Below are positions 1 to 11,819 of a stretch of DNA of 39,815 bases, one piece after another. The DNA is from Macrostomum lignano. Lineage: Eukaryota. The notes under the pieces were generated by a model, which ran no database searches, was not told the DNA's origin, and saw nothing but the letters and a program-made list of their open reading frames with translations. Both the position numbers and the translations under genes were made by a program. The stretch covers positions 1 to 39,815 of the forward strand of contig NIVC01002174.1 in assembly GCA_002269645.1 (NCBI GenBank), in the 5' to 3' direction. Each line of letters opens with the position of its first letter. Positions within the stretch are counted from its first letter, which is position 1.

Positions 1-53
1 AGCTGCAGTTGAAATTTATTGAATTTTCTAGCCGAAAATTGATAAAATTCCAC

Positions 54-1222
54 CAGTGTTGGGCAAGTTACTCAAAAAAAGTAACTTGCGTTACTGTAAC
101 TTAAGTTACCACTTTTAAAAAGTAACTTACGTTAGCCTAGTAACTTTGAACAAAAACCGGTAACTTTTAAGTTACTTCCGTTACTTACTCCGTTACCTAT
201 GTTATAAACAAAATTTTCTGCTTTTTTAACATTGCAAATGTGCTGGAACAGCACAAATGATCGCGAAAGCCAGAAGGAAAAATACAACAAAATTAATTTC
301 AGTAACTGTATTAAATTTTAATCACTTTAGGCCCTTTCCGTAAAAAGAAGAGAAGCTGAAGGTCAGAAACGTTAAAGGCAAAACGCAATTTAATTTTTAA
401 TAACATTATAAGTTATAATACACAAGGACAACTTAACGTAACTTCAGTTGTCCTTGATAATACATCGCTCGTAATAAGTACCTGGCTTTACTCCACTCTA
501 CAGTCTGCTTTACTAGTCTTTTTATTTTCAATTATTTGAAATTTTTTCAATTTTTTCAATTATTTTTCAATTCATTAATATTAAATTATTGTGCAGTGCA
601 GTGCAGTGCCAGTGGACTTTAGTGGTGTAGCCAGGGAGGCCGCCTTAACAATCGTTGGGGCGGCAACTTCACCCCACCTGCAAGACACCCCACCAGGGGG
701 GGGTGGGGTTGGGCGTGGCGGGTGCATGAGGCATGGCCAGCCAGGTCAACCCGCCCCCCCCCAATTAAAATTCCTGGCTACGTCGATCACTGAGTGGATT
801 TGTGGAGACTACAGATGAATTTCTTTCTTTGGTTGTTTGTTTCTAAGAACTAAACAAAATATTTTTATTAACTTAAAAACGAAAAGCAAAAATATTTTAC
901 CGAAAATAACAAAGTAAAAACATGTTTCAAGTATTTCTTTATTAATTACAGCGTAATACCGTATGATATTATTCACTTAGTTTTGAATTTAAGTATGAAA
1001 AATGCTAAAAATGTGACAACTGGCGTAATAGCTAAGCATATCAGTTTTAAATTTAAATATTGCGATTGTTGCAAAGTAACTGTAACGGACTTCCGAAATT
1101 TGAGTAACTTACCGTTACTCCGTTACCAAAATAGGAAAGTAACTTGCGTAAGGAACGCTTTACGAAAAAGTAACTTGCGTTACCATTTACAAGTTACTCG
1201 GTAACGGAAGTGCCCAACACTG
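54..1222. mobile_element. Non-autonomous hAT-like DNA transposon / MITE (1,169 bp)
   Basis: Perfect 12-bp TIRs CAGTGTTGGGCA (54-65) / TGCCCAACACTG (1211-1222). Identical 8-bp flanks AATTCCAC at 46-53 and 1223-1230 (TSD). Many GTAAC/GTTAC subterminal motifs at both ends and no transposase ORF. An 8-bp TSD with CAG termini is typical of hAT. Confidence 0.9.
619..792. mobile_element. Small GC-rich MITE-like insert nested in the hAT-like element
   Basis: Inverted GTAGCCAGG (627-635) / CCTGGCTAC (773-781). Near-duplicated flanks AGTGGACT (611-618) / AGTGGATT (793-800). GC-rich island inside AT-rich sequence. Ends are imperfect. Confidence 0.45.
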
Positions 1223-1968
1223 AATTCCACCTTGCCGAAATTATTGTTGAGGAATAATTGTGGGCTACTGAAAAAGCTGAATAGATAGCATTATGAAGCT
1301 GATAATAAAGTTTGAATTTTACACAAAATTTTGCGTCTATATTTTTTATATTTGGCACCTGGCTTAATAAACGCTTTCGATACTACTGGGTGATTTTACA
1401 TCAATAATGAGTGGGACTAAGTGATGATGTTCGGAATGATGGGAATGATCAGGGTATTGGACTTTGAGGGGATGCTCAGTTAAAACGGTTTTGAGATGCA
1501 GCAATGCTGAAGGGAGTGAGATACAGAATGATGCTAAGCGGGAATGATGCTAATGGGGGATGATGTTGAGTGGGAATGACTCTAAGGGGGGGGGGTGATG
1601 CTGAGAGGAAGTTGCCCAATTGTGTGGAGTTTTTATCGTTTTATGGAAATTAATAGCAAAGCGCTTTTCACTTACATGGACATTGTTGAATGGGATTCCA
1701 GTGAGGTGAGGGATTCTACAAACTGAGATTTTACCTTGTTTAAATTACTTTGATTCAGTGCGTGTAATCTTTGCAGACCACAGTGAAAACACTGAAGGAT
1801 CAAAAAAGCATAGTATACAAAAATTTAGAGGCTGACATCTTCAAAAAATTGCCATAAGTTTTGTGTAACAACGTACATTGTCACAAACAGAAAAAAACTA
1901 TAGTCACCATCTGGAAAATTCCGCAGCTAAAGGGTTTATGCATGGAAAAGCATGTCTGATTTCGTAGA

Positions 1969-3949
1969 TCAAGAAGTGTTGGATGACCCGGTTTCCTTTT
2001 CCGAACTCGGCGATCCAGCGGCAATGCTATCGATTGAGCAAGGCCTCCCATACCAGTCCCGGACTGCATCCAGCAGCCAACCTCGCAGCACAGCCGTCCT
2101 ATCGATAACCTTTTGAATTCTTTCTTTCAGTCGTCGTTTCAACTCGACATCATGGCAGTACAGCGCCGCTGTGACCAGCTCCTGGGCGTCTGCGTCCGCT
2201 CGCACAGCCACGTCTCTGATCCAGCCATGAGCTTCCTCGATGCCCACTTTCAGCTCAATTCGGAGACACTGGAGAAGTGCGTCAAAGTTCACAGAAAAAT
2301 TTGTGTAATAATTCTCCAGTTGAAAAATTACGCATTCAGACATCCGTCTGGAAATGAAGGAATACGTTGGGCGCTGATGCAGTGTGAAGCAAAACTTCCA
2401 AGCCGAGTCGGAGTTACAGAGATGTTGCCAAACTAGCTCCGTCGCCGAGCTCGAGACTGGCTTCTCAGTCGGCCAAGAGAAACCTCGCCTAACTTTGTGC
2501 AATCTGCACCCGATGAGAATATCGGCTGCCGCATCCTGGAGGCCAAATTTCAGACACGCAAGGACTCTCAGCGATTCGCGAGCGGTTCGAGCGCAATCGG
2601 GCAGTTTTCCTATCAAATCCAGGAGTCCCAGATGCGATTTGGAGCTGCAGTCGTAGTCAGACAGGAACATTAGCGCTTCGCGAACAACATCGTAGATCTC
2701 GTGGTACTCGATTTTATTTGACTTTGGCGATGGGTTTTGTGCATGCATGTATGGCAGCACAACAAATGGATGAAAGTAGAACATGTCGCCATCGTTGATT
2801 GATCGCAGAGTGCTCATAAACTGTATTACTAGCTCGTCAAAGTTTTCTGTCAAGTGAGTCAGTGCTCTAGCAATGGTTTCAAGAAAAGCCTTCATCTCCT
2901 CTGCTGCTTTCGGTTCCACACCCTTCAGGTACAGAGCCGTGTCGCAGAGAAAGAAATGGTCTAAAATTTTTCCTTCTCCGTTATTATGCCCGGCGTTTTT
3001 CTCAACTGAGTCCCGAAGAATCTTGAGCGACTTCTTTGTGAGGCTGATAAGATTTTCTGGCCGCCATCGCTCGCGTGGTGTTGTCTCAAGCATTCGGAAT
3101 GTGGTAGTCTTGACGTGGTATGCCTTCAGTCCTTGAATACGAGTATTGTAGGAATCTTTGCTGCTGATAACCTTCTTCACCAGATACTTGAGAATGATAA
3201 ACAGCTGCCCTTGGACAGTGTTTAGACTTCTCAGAAGAAGCTTCTCCAGAAATGTTGTGCTGACTCGAAGCTGTCTTCCTGCCTGATTTTGAGGTGCTGC
3301 GTGCACCACATGGCAGTGTGTAGAGGCGAGCGCCTGTTCCAGGGACAGAAGCAGGGACTCTGGAATTTCGGAGTCTACGACTCTGTCCGGCAGCAGCGGC
3401 GCAATCGGGGGGTAGCAGCAGACCCGACGCGCGTCCACCAGGTCTACGGCGGGCTTCAACACGGATCCCAACAGCGGTTCGGCAGGATTCGATGCTGTGG
3501 GATGGATTTAATTTACAGTTGCATCTCGTAATTGGGAAACAGAGTATAAAAGCTTTAGTATATGGGGTATTTAAAGCAAGCCAATTACCGAAACCAGGGC
3601 AAAAAATGTGACCATTGGTGTACTCCACTTGTTCGTCTTCCACCAAATCGCATCGGCATACGCCCCTAATGTGGTAATCTCTTCCAGAGATAAGCCTCAT
3701 CACATCAATGTCGGACTCAATGTCTGTCGTGCCATCCAGGGCGGACAGATTGTTGCCCCAGCTTTCGGAATAGCTTCCCACGACAAATACTTCATTGTCA
3801 CGCAGGCGCCTTCGCAGAATATCCTGCAAAACGTCTGCGACCGCGGCTTGAGCTTTGGCTCGAGATTCCGTAAACCCGGACTGCGATAGGCGCCTGTGTA
3901 GAAGCACGCTGAGCTCATTTTCTTTTTGCAGCACCCTGAAATGCAACAT
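1969..3949 (-). CDS. Mab-21 / cGAS-like nucleotidyltransferase portion with C-terminal helical extension (94-bp intron at 3495-3588)
   Basis: Motifs VVGSYSESWG, ESDIDVM (DxD), AVDLV (third acidic residue), LRVSTTFLEKLLL, LKAYHVKT and LDHFFL match the Mab-21/cGLR pattern. The 94-bp GT-AG intron links the two track ORFs (3086-3949 and 1969-3471) in frame. Confidence 0.85.
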
Positions 3950-6217
3950 TTTACTGCCTATAGTCTCAAATAATTCAAAACAATCTAGTAGAATAGTAAA
4001 AAAGTATAAATGAAAATATTAGCTTCTTCTTGTTGTTTCAATTCGAAACGACTTTAATTAGAGGTGAAATTACGGATTGCAACTGTTTAAAACAACTTTA
4101 TGCTGGAGATCTCTTATAGTTAGCATTTAGCCATGCAGGGTAGCTTCGAGCGATCGTAAGCCAGATGTCTCATTGTCGCAATACTGGCTAATTTTCAATT
4201 TTGCAAATCACTTAATATATATTCCACACAGGACTAAAATGTTCTTACGCTTTTTCATCTGACGTCAAATCGTTGGAGTCAACTTGAGGTTGACTCGTGG
4301 GTGAATCTGGCATCCATTTCTCATCCGGTAAGTTGTTTTGTTGAGCCACCGCCACGGCACCTGAATTAGCGGCTTCTTGGCCACTTTGCTTGTCTTCGAC
4401 TAATCGCACCGAGAGTAGTACTTCTTGACCCTGCTGAAGACTGCTTTCGGCACCGGCTTCCATTAAGGACTTGACCACCCTTTCGTGACCCTGTACAGCT
4501 GCAAAAACCAGTGGAGTTATTCCATTGGCCTGGGTCACATCAACGTCTGCTTGTGCATCGATTAATTCCGTCACCACCTCCGCACTTCCTTGGTACGAAG
4601 CCAAATGTAGAGGAGTTAATCCATCGGCTGACTTGATATCGACATTGGCTTGAGCTCTAATCAGCTGTTTTGTGACTCTTAACTCATTCACTTGAGCAGT
4701 AGCGTGCAAAGCTGACATCCAATTGCCTCCTATCAAGTCCACGTCAGCCGGAGCTTTGATGAGTAAATCAACAGCTTTAGTGTGACCTTGATGCGAAGCG
4801 ATGAACAATGGAGACTCACCGTCGTTTGACATTGTGTCAATGTCTGCTTGAGCTTTGATGAGAGAGTCTGCCACTCTGTCGTGCCCGTTTGCACAGGCAA
4901 TAAACAGTGGCGTTGCGCCACTAGCTGTCTGGGTGTCCACATGGGCTCCTTCCCTTATGAGAAGATTTACAACCTTTAGATGCCCTTGCTGAGCTGCAAT
5001 AAAAAGAGGCGTAGCGCCCTCCCGTTGCTGAACGTTCAATTCAGCCTTAGCATCAACAAGAGCCTGAGCAATTTTGAAATGACCAATTTGGCAAGCGACG
5101 TACAGTGGTGATTCGTTGTCAACTTGCCTCAAGTTTACATCTGCTCTCGATTGGATGAGCAGACTCACCACTTCACTATGTCCGCGGTGAGTGGCAGCTA
5201 GCATGCAGGAAACTCCAGAGTTGTCTTGGCTGTTAAAACATTTGCTTGGGCCTCAACGAGTGCTTTCACAACTCTATGGTGACCCCGAAACGATGCAATA
5301 TGAAGCGGTGAAGTACCTGTGCACTCTTGAGTATCGAAGTCCGCTAGCGCTTTTATTAACACATTCAAAACTTCGTGATGGCCATTTTGTGATGCAACGT
5401 AAGACGGCGACATGCCATTGTGCTTGGAAAGATTAACATCAGCGCTTGCAGCAACCAGAGCCTGTACAACACGCCGATGTCCATTCTGAGATGCGAGATA
5501 CAGTGGCGAGCAGCCTTTGGCATCTTGACAGCTCAAATTAATTTGAGCTGTCAAAAGTAGCTCCACAACTTTCAAGTGACCCTCCTGCGATGCAATATAG
5601 AGAGGTGAAATTCCGACAAGATTAGCCACATTTGCGTTCGCTTCCGCCTTGACGAGCGCCCGGACGACCTCGTGATGCTGGCCGAATGAAGCAGCGTGCA
5701 GCGGAGAAACAAGAACTTCCCTATTGATGCAACGGTCGATGTCAGCTTGAGCTTCGATGAGGAGTTGAACGATTCCAATATGGCCTTCCTGCGACGCGAT
5801 ATACAGCGGTGATGCGTGAATGCCTTCAAATTTATTCACATCGGCTTGAGCTTTGATTAGCAAGTCTGCTAGGAAGTAATAACCATTCTGAGAAGCAAGG
5901 TACAAAGGTGTGCAGCCGTCTGAGTCCAATAAATCAATGTCAGCTTGAGCTTCAATCAGTCGTTTTAGAACTTCAAGCCTACCTATAATGCATGTGAGGT
6001 GCAAAGGTGAAAACTGCTCGCCTAGAACGGGTAATTCGACGTCAAGGTTGTTCCGAGCTTCCAGATAGCGGTCCACAACGGTAAGATTGCCTTCCAAGAT
6101 CGACCGCATGAATTGCTCGTCCGTCGGATAGGGAACATCAGCCTCGGGTTGGTCAGGCTCAGAGGCAATCATGAGAACAGTGGCTATCCATTTGATCACT
6201 TCTTGTATTAGCGACAT
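1969..6217 (-). CDS. Predicted ankyrin-repeat / Mab-21 (cGAS-like receptor, cGLR) fusion protein, ~1,280 aa; exons 6217-4249, 3935-3589, 3494-1969; one frameshift at ~5235-5238
   Basis: Donor GC|GTAAGA at 4249/4248 (phase 2) joins acceptor TTTCAG|G at 3936/3935, giving GCG and continuing in frame into VLQKENELSVLL. The second intron 3588-3495 (G|GTAATT...CCCACAG|CA) gives ...PGF-A-SNPAEPLLGSVLKPAVDLV. Both junctions conserve frame. No transcript evidence available. Confidence 0.68.
4245..6217 (-). CDS. Ankyrin-repeat region (~16-17 repeats), split by a frameshift into track ORFs 5198-6217 and 4245-5204
   Basis: Repeated G-x-[ST]PL[YHF]-x-A-x-x-x-GH-x-x-VV-x-x-L-I-x-AQADV[DN] units. At the break, AAT GTT [TT] AAC AGC CAA GAC AAC TCT GGA GTT TCC TGC ATG restores a normal repeat linker (ANVNSQDNSGVSCML). 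Confidence 0.9.
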
Positions 6218-8452
6218 GGCCGCTTTTTTAGTTCAAACAGAAACCAAGCCTTTCAGTAGTTAATTCTATCAGCATAAGCGCGTTTCTCTGACTCTGTTAG
6301 TCGTCGCGAGCTAGTCTGTTAACAATCTTTTGCGCGTCAAATGCAGCTTAGTCCTATTTTTATTGCAGAGTTGAAGCTACAGTGTGTACTGAAGTTTCTA
6401 CCCCCAAGCATAAGCGCGTAATAATGGCCTCATAAATCTGCCTGGAAATTCGTAGCATCTAGAAAAGATCAGAATTAAACAGACCCGTCGGGCAAGCCTG
6501 CTTCAGTTCACTCGCGTACATTCTTGTGCGCAGCCGGGCGCCTCCATTGGCTACGAGTTTTGATTCTATGCCAGAATTTGCTAGCTCATTACAAATTTGC
6601 ATGCTACACACGACCGGTAGTACACCACTATAGCAGCCAGCCAGCATGGAAGCATACAGTGCGATGATCTTTAAACCATAGGCAGACGGATGCCGTTTTC
6701 ATCCACTCTGTCTACGTCCAAGCCAGACGGCATAAAATCAATCTCTATGGGCCAGATTCGTTAGATTTTTCACCACAGCCGTTCCCGACGACTAGAAGCC
6801 GAAAACGGCCATATAGATCTTATTTACAAGGACTACTGACTACTATATATAACCATATTTATAATGAATAGAACTTCTATTACTTCATCTATATGTATCT
6901 AACACACCAATAAGGCAACAATATGTTTTGAAGTGAAACGAAACCGTCGTTAGCAAGAGGATGGGAGAAATCATCCAGCCTTGGCAGCAACACCCAGATG
7001 CACAAGATCTGCATGCCTAAAAATAAGCCCTGATGATCGGCAAGCGAGAAGCCCAGCCATGCGACCCTCGCGTGATGCATGAATCTCCTCTGGCCGACGG
7101 CTCCTATTGGGCCTTCCACTTTCTTCCCCTATTCCTCGTTGCTCGCGTACAGTCTGTTAACTTATAAAATATACTGATTGAAGAGGAAAGATCCTCGCCT
7201 GAAGTTTGAGAATGTGACTCTAGAGATCACACAGAGAAAGTACCATCGAGTCCATTGTTCGTTGTCTTCCTGAACTGTTGGCAGAAGTAACGATTATGTG
7301 GGAAAAACCCTTATAAATTGTCGTTTCAGTTTCTCACAGTGAATGATAAAGTACATGCACAGAGTAGATAGTTTACAGTCGATTAACAGCCACCACGAAA
7401 CAAGAGCCAGGAGACTGTTCTAGACTGAAAAAATGTTTTCTGTGGCTGCTAGACTGAACGAGTGTGTATTTTACTGAATTTAATGCAGAAAAACAATGCA
7501 GTTAATGTGAACTGAGGTTGACTATAATAGTATAGTAGTCAAAAGTAGTCAACTAGTCAAAACTAAACTAAAAGTAAAATTCTCGTATAAAGCAGTCCGT
7601 ATAAATGAATTAAATTAGCAAACAGACACTAAATCTAAGCGAGACTACTATCCGTCGGGAACGCGGTTATAAGCGCCTAAAACTGCAGTCAAATAGAGAT
7701 TTCAAGCCGCAAATTGAGCTTCGGCAAACATTGAGCCGTTGAAAATCGAAAAAGATCGATAAGAAATTAACGAATTTAAGCTCCGCTAAGGATCAAAATA
7801 CTTTGTACCGGTCTGTCAATTACCTTACTGCAAGAGTTACGCTTATGCGTTACACATAGCTAAGTCTTGAGCTACCGAAGTCTGAGGATCTACATATAAA
7901 TACAGTAAATAATTAGTCTTTCCAGGTAAACCGTGCATGTCTAAGGCCGCTGAAAAGCTGAGGCATAAGCAATGAGCAATAAGCAACACGCAAATCGTAC
8001 TGATGCAACAGGGACAACCGCTTTGCGTTGCAAAAGGTATTGGCCAGATGGGAAGTTTTCAGGATTTTTGGCACAATACGACGCTCGGATAGCGTTATAA
8101 GCTTTATAAGCTTTTATAAGCTTTTATAAGCTATAAGCTATCATAGTACATCCGATATGTGAATATCGTCCGAAATGCAGAAGAAGAATAAAAAATATTT
8201 CTCTTCCAGGTTGGTTCACAGTTTTTTTCAACAAAATGTTTGAAAACCGTTCAAAATACAGTGGTTGCAAAGATCCACTTTCAACATAGCACTGAATAGG
8301 GCTTTCACCAATATGTGTCCGGTAACATTTCAAGATAAATTAGCTCGGAAAACTTACACGATTCGCGAGCGTAGAGCCCTTCTATTCTAGATTTCTACGC
8401 AAATTTACTCAACAATCGCTGAAATTATTCAGAGTGCCTGGCATTTGTCCCA

Positions 8453-10890
8453 TCAAGTCTGGGCGTCCCAGCCCCACTCGGGGTGAATGCGGTAGTGCCC
8501 CGGGCTTGCTGGCTGCAGCTCTCGCAGACGGGCAGGCGCTGGCGTCGGCGCCGTTGCCTTCGCTGCTCTTGACTCCTGCGGCTTCGTGCCGTGCCAGCTG
8601 GTGAACTGCCAGCGGTTTGCCCGGCTGCCGGGGCTGAGCTGCCTGATGTACTTCAGTGTTGTTGTCGCTGGAGTTGTTTCTGAAGAGTTTCTGAAATAGC
8701 ACACCAGCACATCTAGAATTATCGTCTCACATTCGCGACTTTATACAGTTATAACTACTGAGTAACTATGGAAGCCGAGTCATAGATAATGACTATGGTT
8801 TTTATGTGAAAAATACGCACTAAATAAATCCCGACGAGCTTTAAATGAATGTGCTTAAGTTTTTTAATTCTTTTTGCGTGATCTGTTTTTTTGCCTTTCG
8901 ATTTGACGGCGCAAATTCCTTCTATTTTAGTTATCTACGTTAACGATTGCAGCAACACACTTAGCACTCACTCTGAAGTTCGTGAAAGCAGCTTCGCGGT
9001 TGTCTCACCGCCTGGACGCCGCTCTTCAGCGCTATCAGCATCGCGCGATCCCTTGGCTTGACTGTCTGGCATCAGCCTGAGCGCTCGCCGCACAACTCTG
9101 AGCTCTGCTGGCGAGGCATTTTTGGTCAGCTGTTGGGCTCGAGTCAGCGCGTGCGAGCTGGCGCTGCTGCTACCTGCCTGTTGAATGAGGGGTTGTCGCG
9201 TGGTTCACACCTATGAGGGCTACCTGCAAACTCACAGACTGTACATTTCATTCCTGACGATTACAAAGTCTGTGTACACCCTGTGTGAGCGTGTGTATGA
9301 GAGCCTGTCTGCGTTCGGTATCCGCCTGATTGTATGTGGTCAGGAGTCAGTGGAATGTGTAAAACTGTCTCAACCGCTGGTTGTGGGTGATGTCGCAAGG
9401 TTGCCCACAACTGCTTCCTCAGGACAATGTCTTTCTGTTTTTAAACTCTCATCATTAGCTTTAATATCTCCTAAAGTCTGCGGTGTCCTATACTATCCAA
9501 TTACAATCAGAGACACCCTTGTAACCAGGGACGTCTCCATCGGGGGGGGGGGGGGAGACATGTCCCCCGAGTAAAAGCTATGGGGACATGACAAGGCTTT
9601 GTCCCCCCACCCCACCTTGCGATCTGTGATGGAAATCAATAATTTTGCTTCGGGTGACAAAACATAGCGCCTGCGGCGCCAAAATGATTGCCTGAGGTGC
9701 CAAAATGAGCGCTGCAGACAACACCGATTCTGAAAATAATGTACATGTAGGAGTTTGTTGTTAAACGAGGGTGGGAAGCCAGGGGCCCCCGCGGATCAGC
9801 CCAAGTAGGGCTCTGCCGCTGGATCTGTCTGTGGGCGATACTACCAGGGGCATATAGCCCGAGAGCCCACGGTTGGGACCAGGTCTCAAGGCCTGGTGAG
9901 ATATTGGGGCTGCTAGCTCAAACCTATGGACTAAGACACCGCTGAACAACAGTGGAATCAGGGACGTTGCTAAGACTGAGTCCACCCAAGCCACCCCCAG
10001 CAGACAAGTCCCAGGAGTCGCGCAAAAAGATTGGAGTTTAGAAGCGGTTCGAGAGCGGGGAGACCACGAAGTCTACGGAAAAGGCTTTAGATTGGAGCGA
10101 GTCTGGGCAACTTATTTACCAAGGGCGAGTCTCCTAACAGGTAGCCCCCCGTACTAAGCCTCACATAGGGCTGCGAGCCATACTTGTACATGTAGAATTC
10201 TTGGCTTTGTCCTCCACACCATAAAATCCATGGCGACGCCCCTATTTGTAACATCAGAACCTGTTGCATTGTCGGCGACTCCAGCTGACAGGCCACATCA
10301 TCCGCGAGGACTCACCCTAATGGAGAGAACCTGGGCGTTTCGTCGACTGCCTACTGGCTGACGCCGGCACCCCTGACTCGTTGTTGGCATTGCGTACGTT
10401 TGCGCCCAGGTCCAGAGGCGAGCCCTGTGACGCTGCTCTCTTTTAGCGCTAACTGACAGTGTATAAATTTTTGTTTGAAGTCTTGCATGTACGATAATGT
10501 TGCTTACCGTGGTGCCCGGTAGTTCTGGAAATCGTTGCGTTGCCAGAGCAACTTTTAATGACGATTTGCCTTCGACTTTGGCAGTTGCCTTTGACTGCGG
10601 CTTCTGCTCCGCTTTTTTGTCAGAATTTTCAGCTAAAAGTTTCCGGGATTATGGTTATTTTGGTCTGTAATGGCCTTATTGAATACGATCTTTGAGTAAA
10701 CATTGGCTCGCTACTCAGTTGTAATGTTTTTTTTACCGGCGCGTCTTCCGGCCGTCTCGGGTCCAAAGTTGCTCCGAAATTCCTCCTTCAGCTGTTGCCG
10801 ACGCGCGTTCGGTACGGGGGCGTCGAACTCCGGTGGCAGCTGCCATTTCACGAATGCAGCGGCACCTGTTGCGGAGGATTGGCTGGCCAT
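8453..10890 (-). CDS. Probable small multi-exon orphan gene (exons ~10890-10737, 10632-10508, 9177-9009, 8679-8453; ~225 aa, low complexity, ends ...HYRIHPEWGWDAQT*)
   Basis: Four GC-rich islands bounded by AG/GT sites (G|GTAAAA, TTTAG|CT, ACG|GTAAGC, CAACAG|GCA, G|GTGAGA, CTTCAG|AA). Phases chain consistently (1,0,1) without stops. No recognisable domain. The 5' end and additional exons are uncertain. Confidence 0.45.
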
Positions 10891-11688
10891 TTGTGCAGCT
10901 GAAAGGCGCCTGCTGCCGGTCTGGGTGAGCTGTTTCTCGGGTATTCTACACTCGGCAAGCTTCGTTTTTTCAGCTTATTTAAAATGCATACACTGTAGGG
11001 TCTATTGATGATGTACATTAATTCAAGTTTTCATTTCGTAGCCTTTGGACCGAGAGAACGATGTAGATCTTCTGCCCGCTGCAACTAAATTTGAAATGAA
11101 GTGGTGGTACGCGCATTGAGCTGCAAGTGTGGGCTTTAGTCTGCAAATATAATGTTTATCAGCTACCCCATTGCTCGGGTTGGCTACTAAAGTCTGAGGG
11201 ATTGCTGTATTGATTTATGCAGAACTATTCGCTGTTGCCTGTACATGTACATGCGCATGTAGTAAAGATCGGCAAAATAAATAAGCGTAGACCTGCTGTC
11301 CTTGTGGAAGTGTTGAGACCATGAGGGTGCATTTTGGGTGACATATCCATTAAATGGCACCAAAAAAGTTTTCTGAAGTGATGGGTTTCGACCTTCGGGC
11401 TCCTTGTTAGGGAAGCCTGCGGGCCTCAGGCTCAGAAATAAATCAATTAGAGACCTGGCCCCCCACTCCTGTCAGATGGTCAGCCCCATGGTAGCTTGAT
11501 CGTGTGGCGAGCAGTCTAGGTCCTATAGCTAAGAGAGGGACAGCGAGAGACGAGCAGGGAGAATTTTGAAAGTAGAAATTAGCTAATCCGCAGATCAACT
11601 AACTTGCTGCCACCAGCCCGTGCGCCCTGGCTCACCACACCGGGACTCTCGAAATCGGGCTTCCGACTAGAAGGGGCTTTGCACTTAC

Positions 11689-11819
11689 CTGCCAACTAGT
11701 GTCTTTTTGCTGTCAATCTCGAAGTCATAGCCGATGATAAGGGACACTGCTGGGACTAGATCGCGTTGGCCATGCAGGTACAGAGGGGACTTGTGCAGGG
11801 GATTCTTGCGGTGGCGAGT
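11689..11819 (-). CDS. Candidate upstream exon (TRHRKNPLHKSPLYLHGQRDLVPAVSLIIGYDFEIDSKKTLVG)
   Basis: CATAG| acceptor and strong AG|GTAAGT donor, with only one frame open. Linkage to the downstream exons was not resolved. Confidence 0.3.

Noticed and set aside
5225-5245. Programmed -1 ribosomal frameshift in the ankyrin ORF
   Set aside because: T GTT TTA ACA is not a canonical X XXY YYZ heptamer in the required frame, and I see no clear stimulatory structure; an indel is simpler.
8093-8140. Self-complementary (GCTTTTATAA)n micro-repeat
   Set aside because: Too short and simple to imply function.
9536-9720. Possible left end of a MITE (CAGGGACGT…GGGGGAGACATGTCCCCC)
   Set aside because: No matching inverted end or TSD found.
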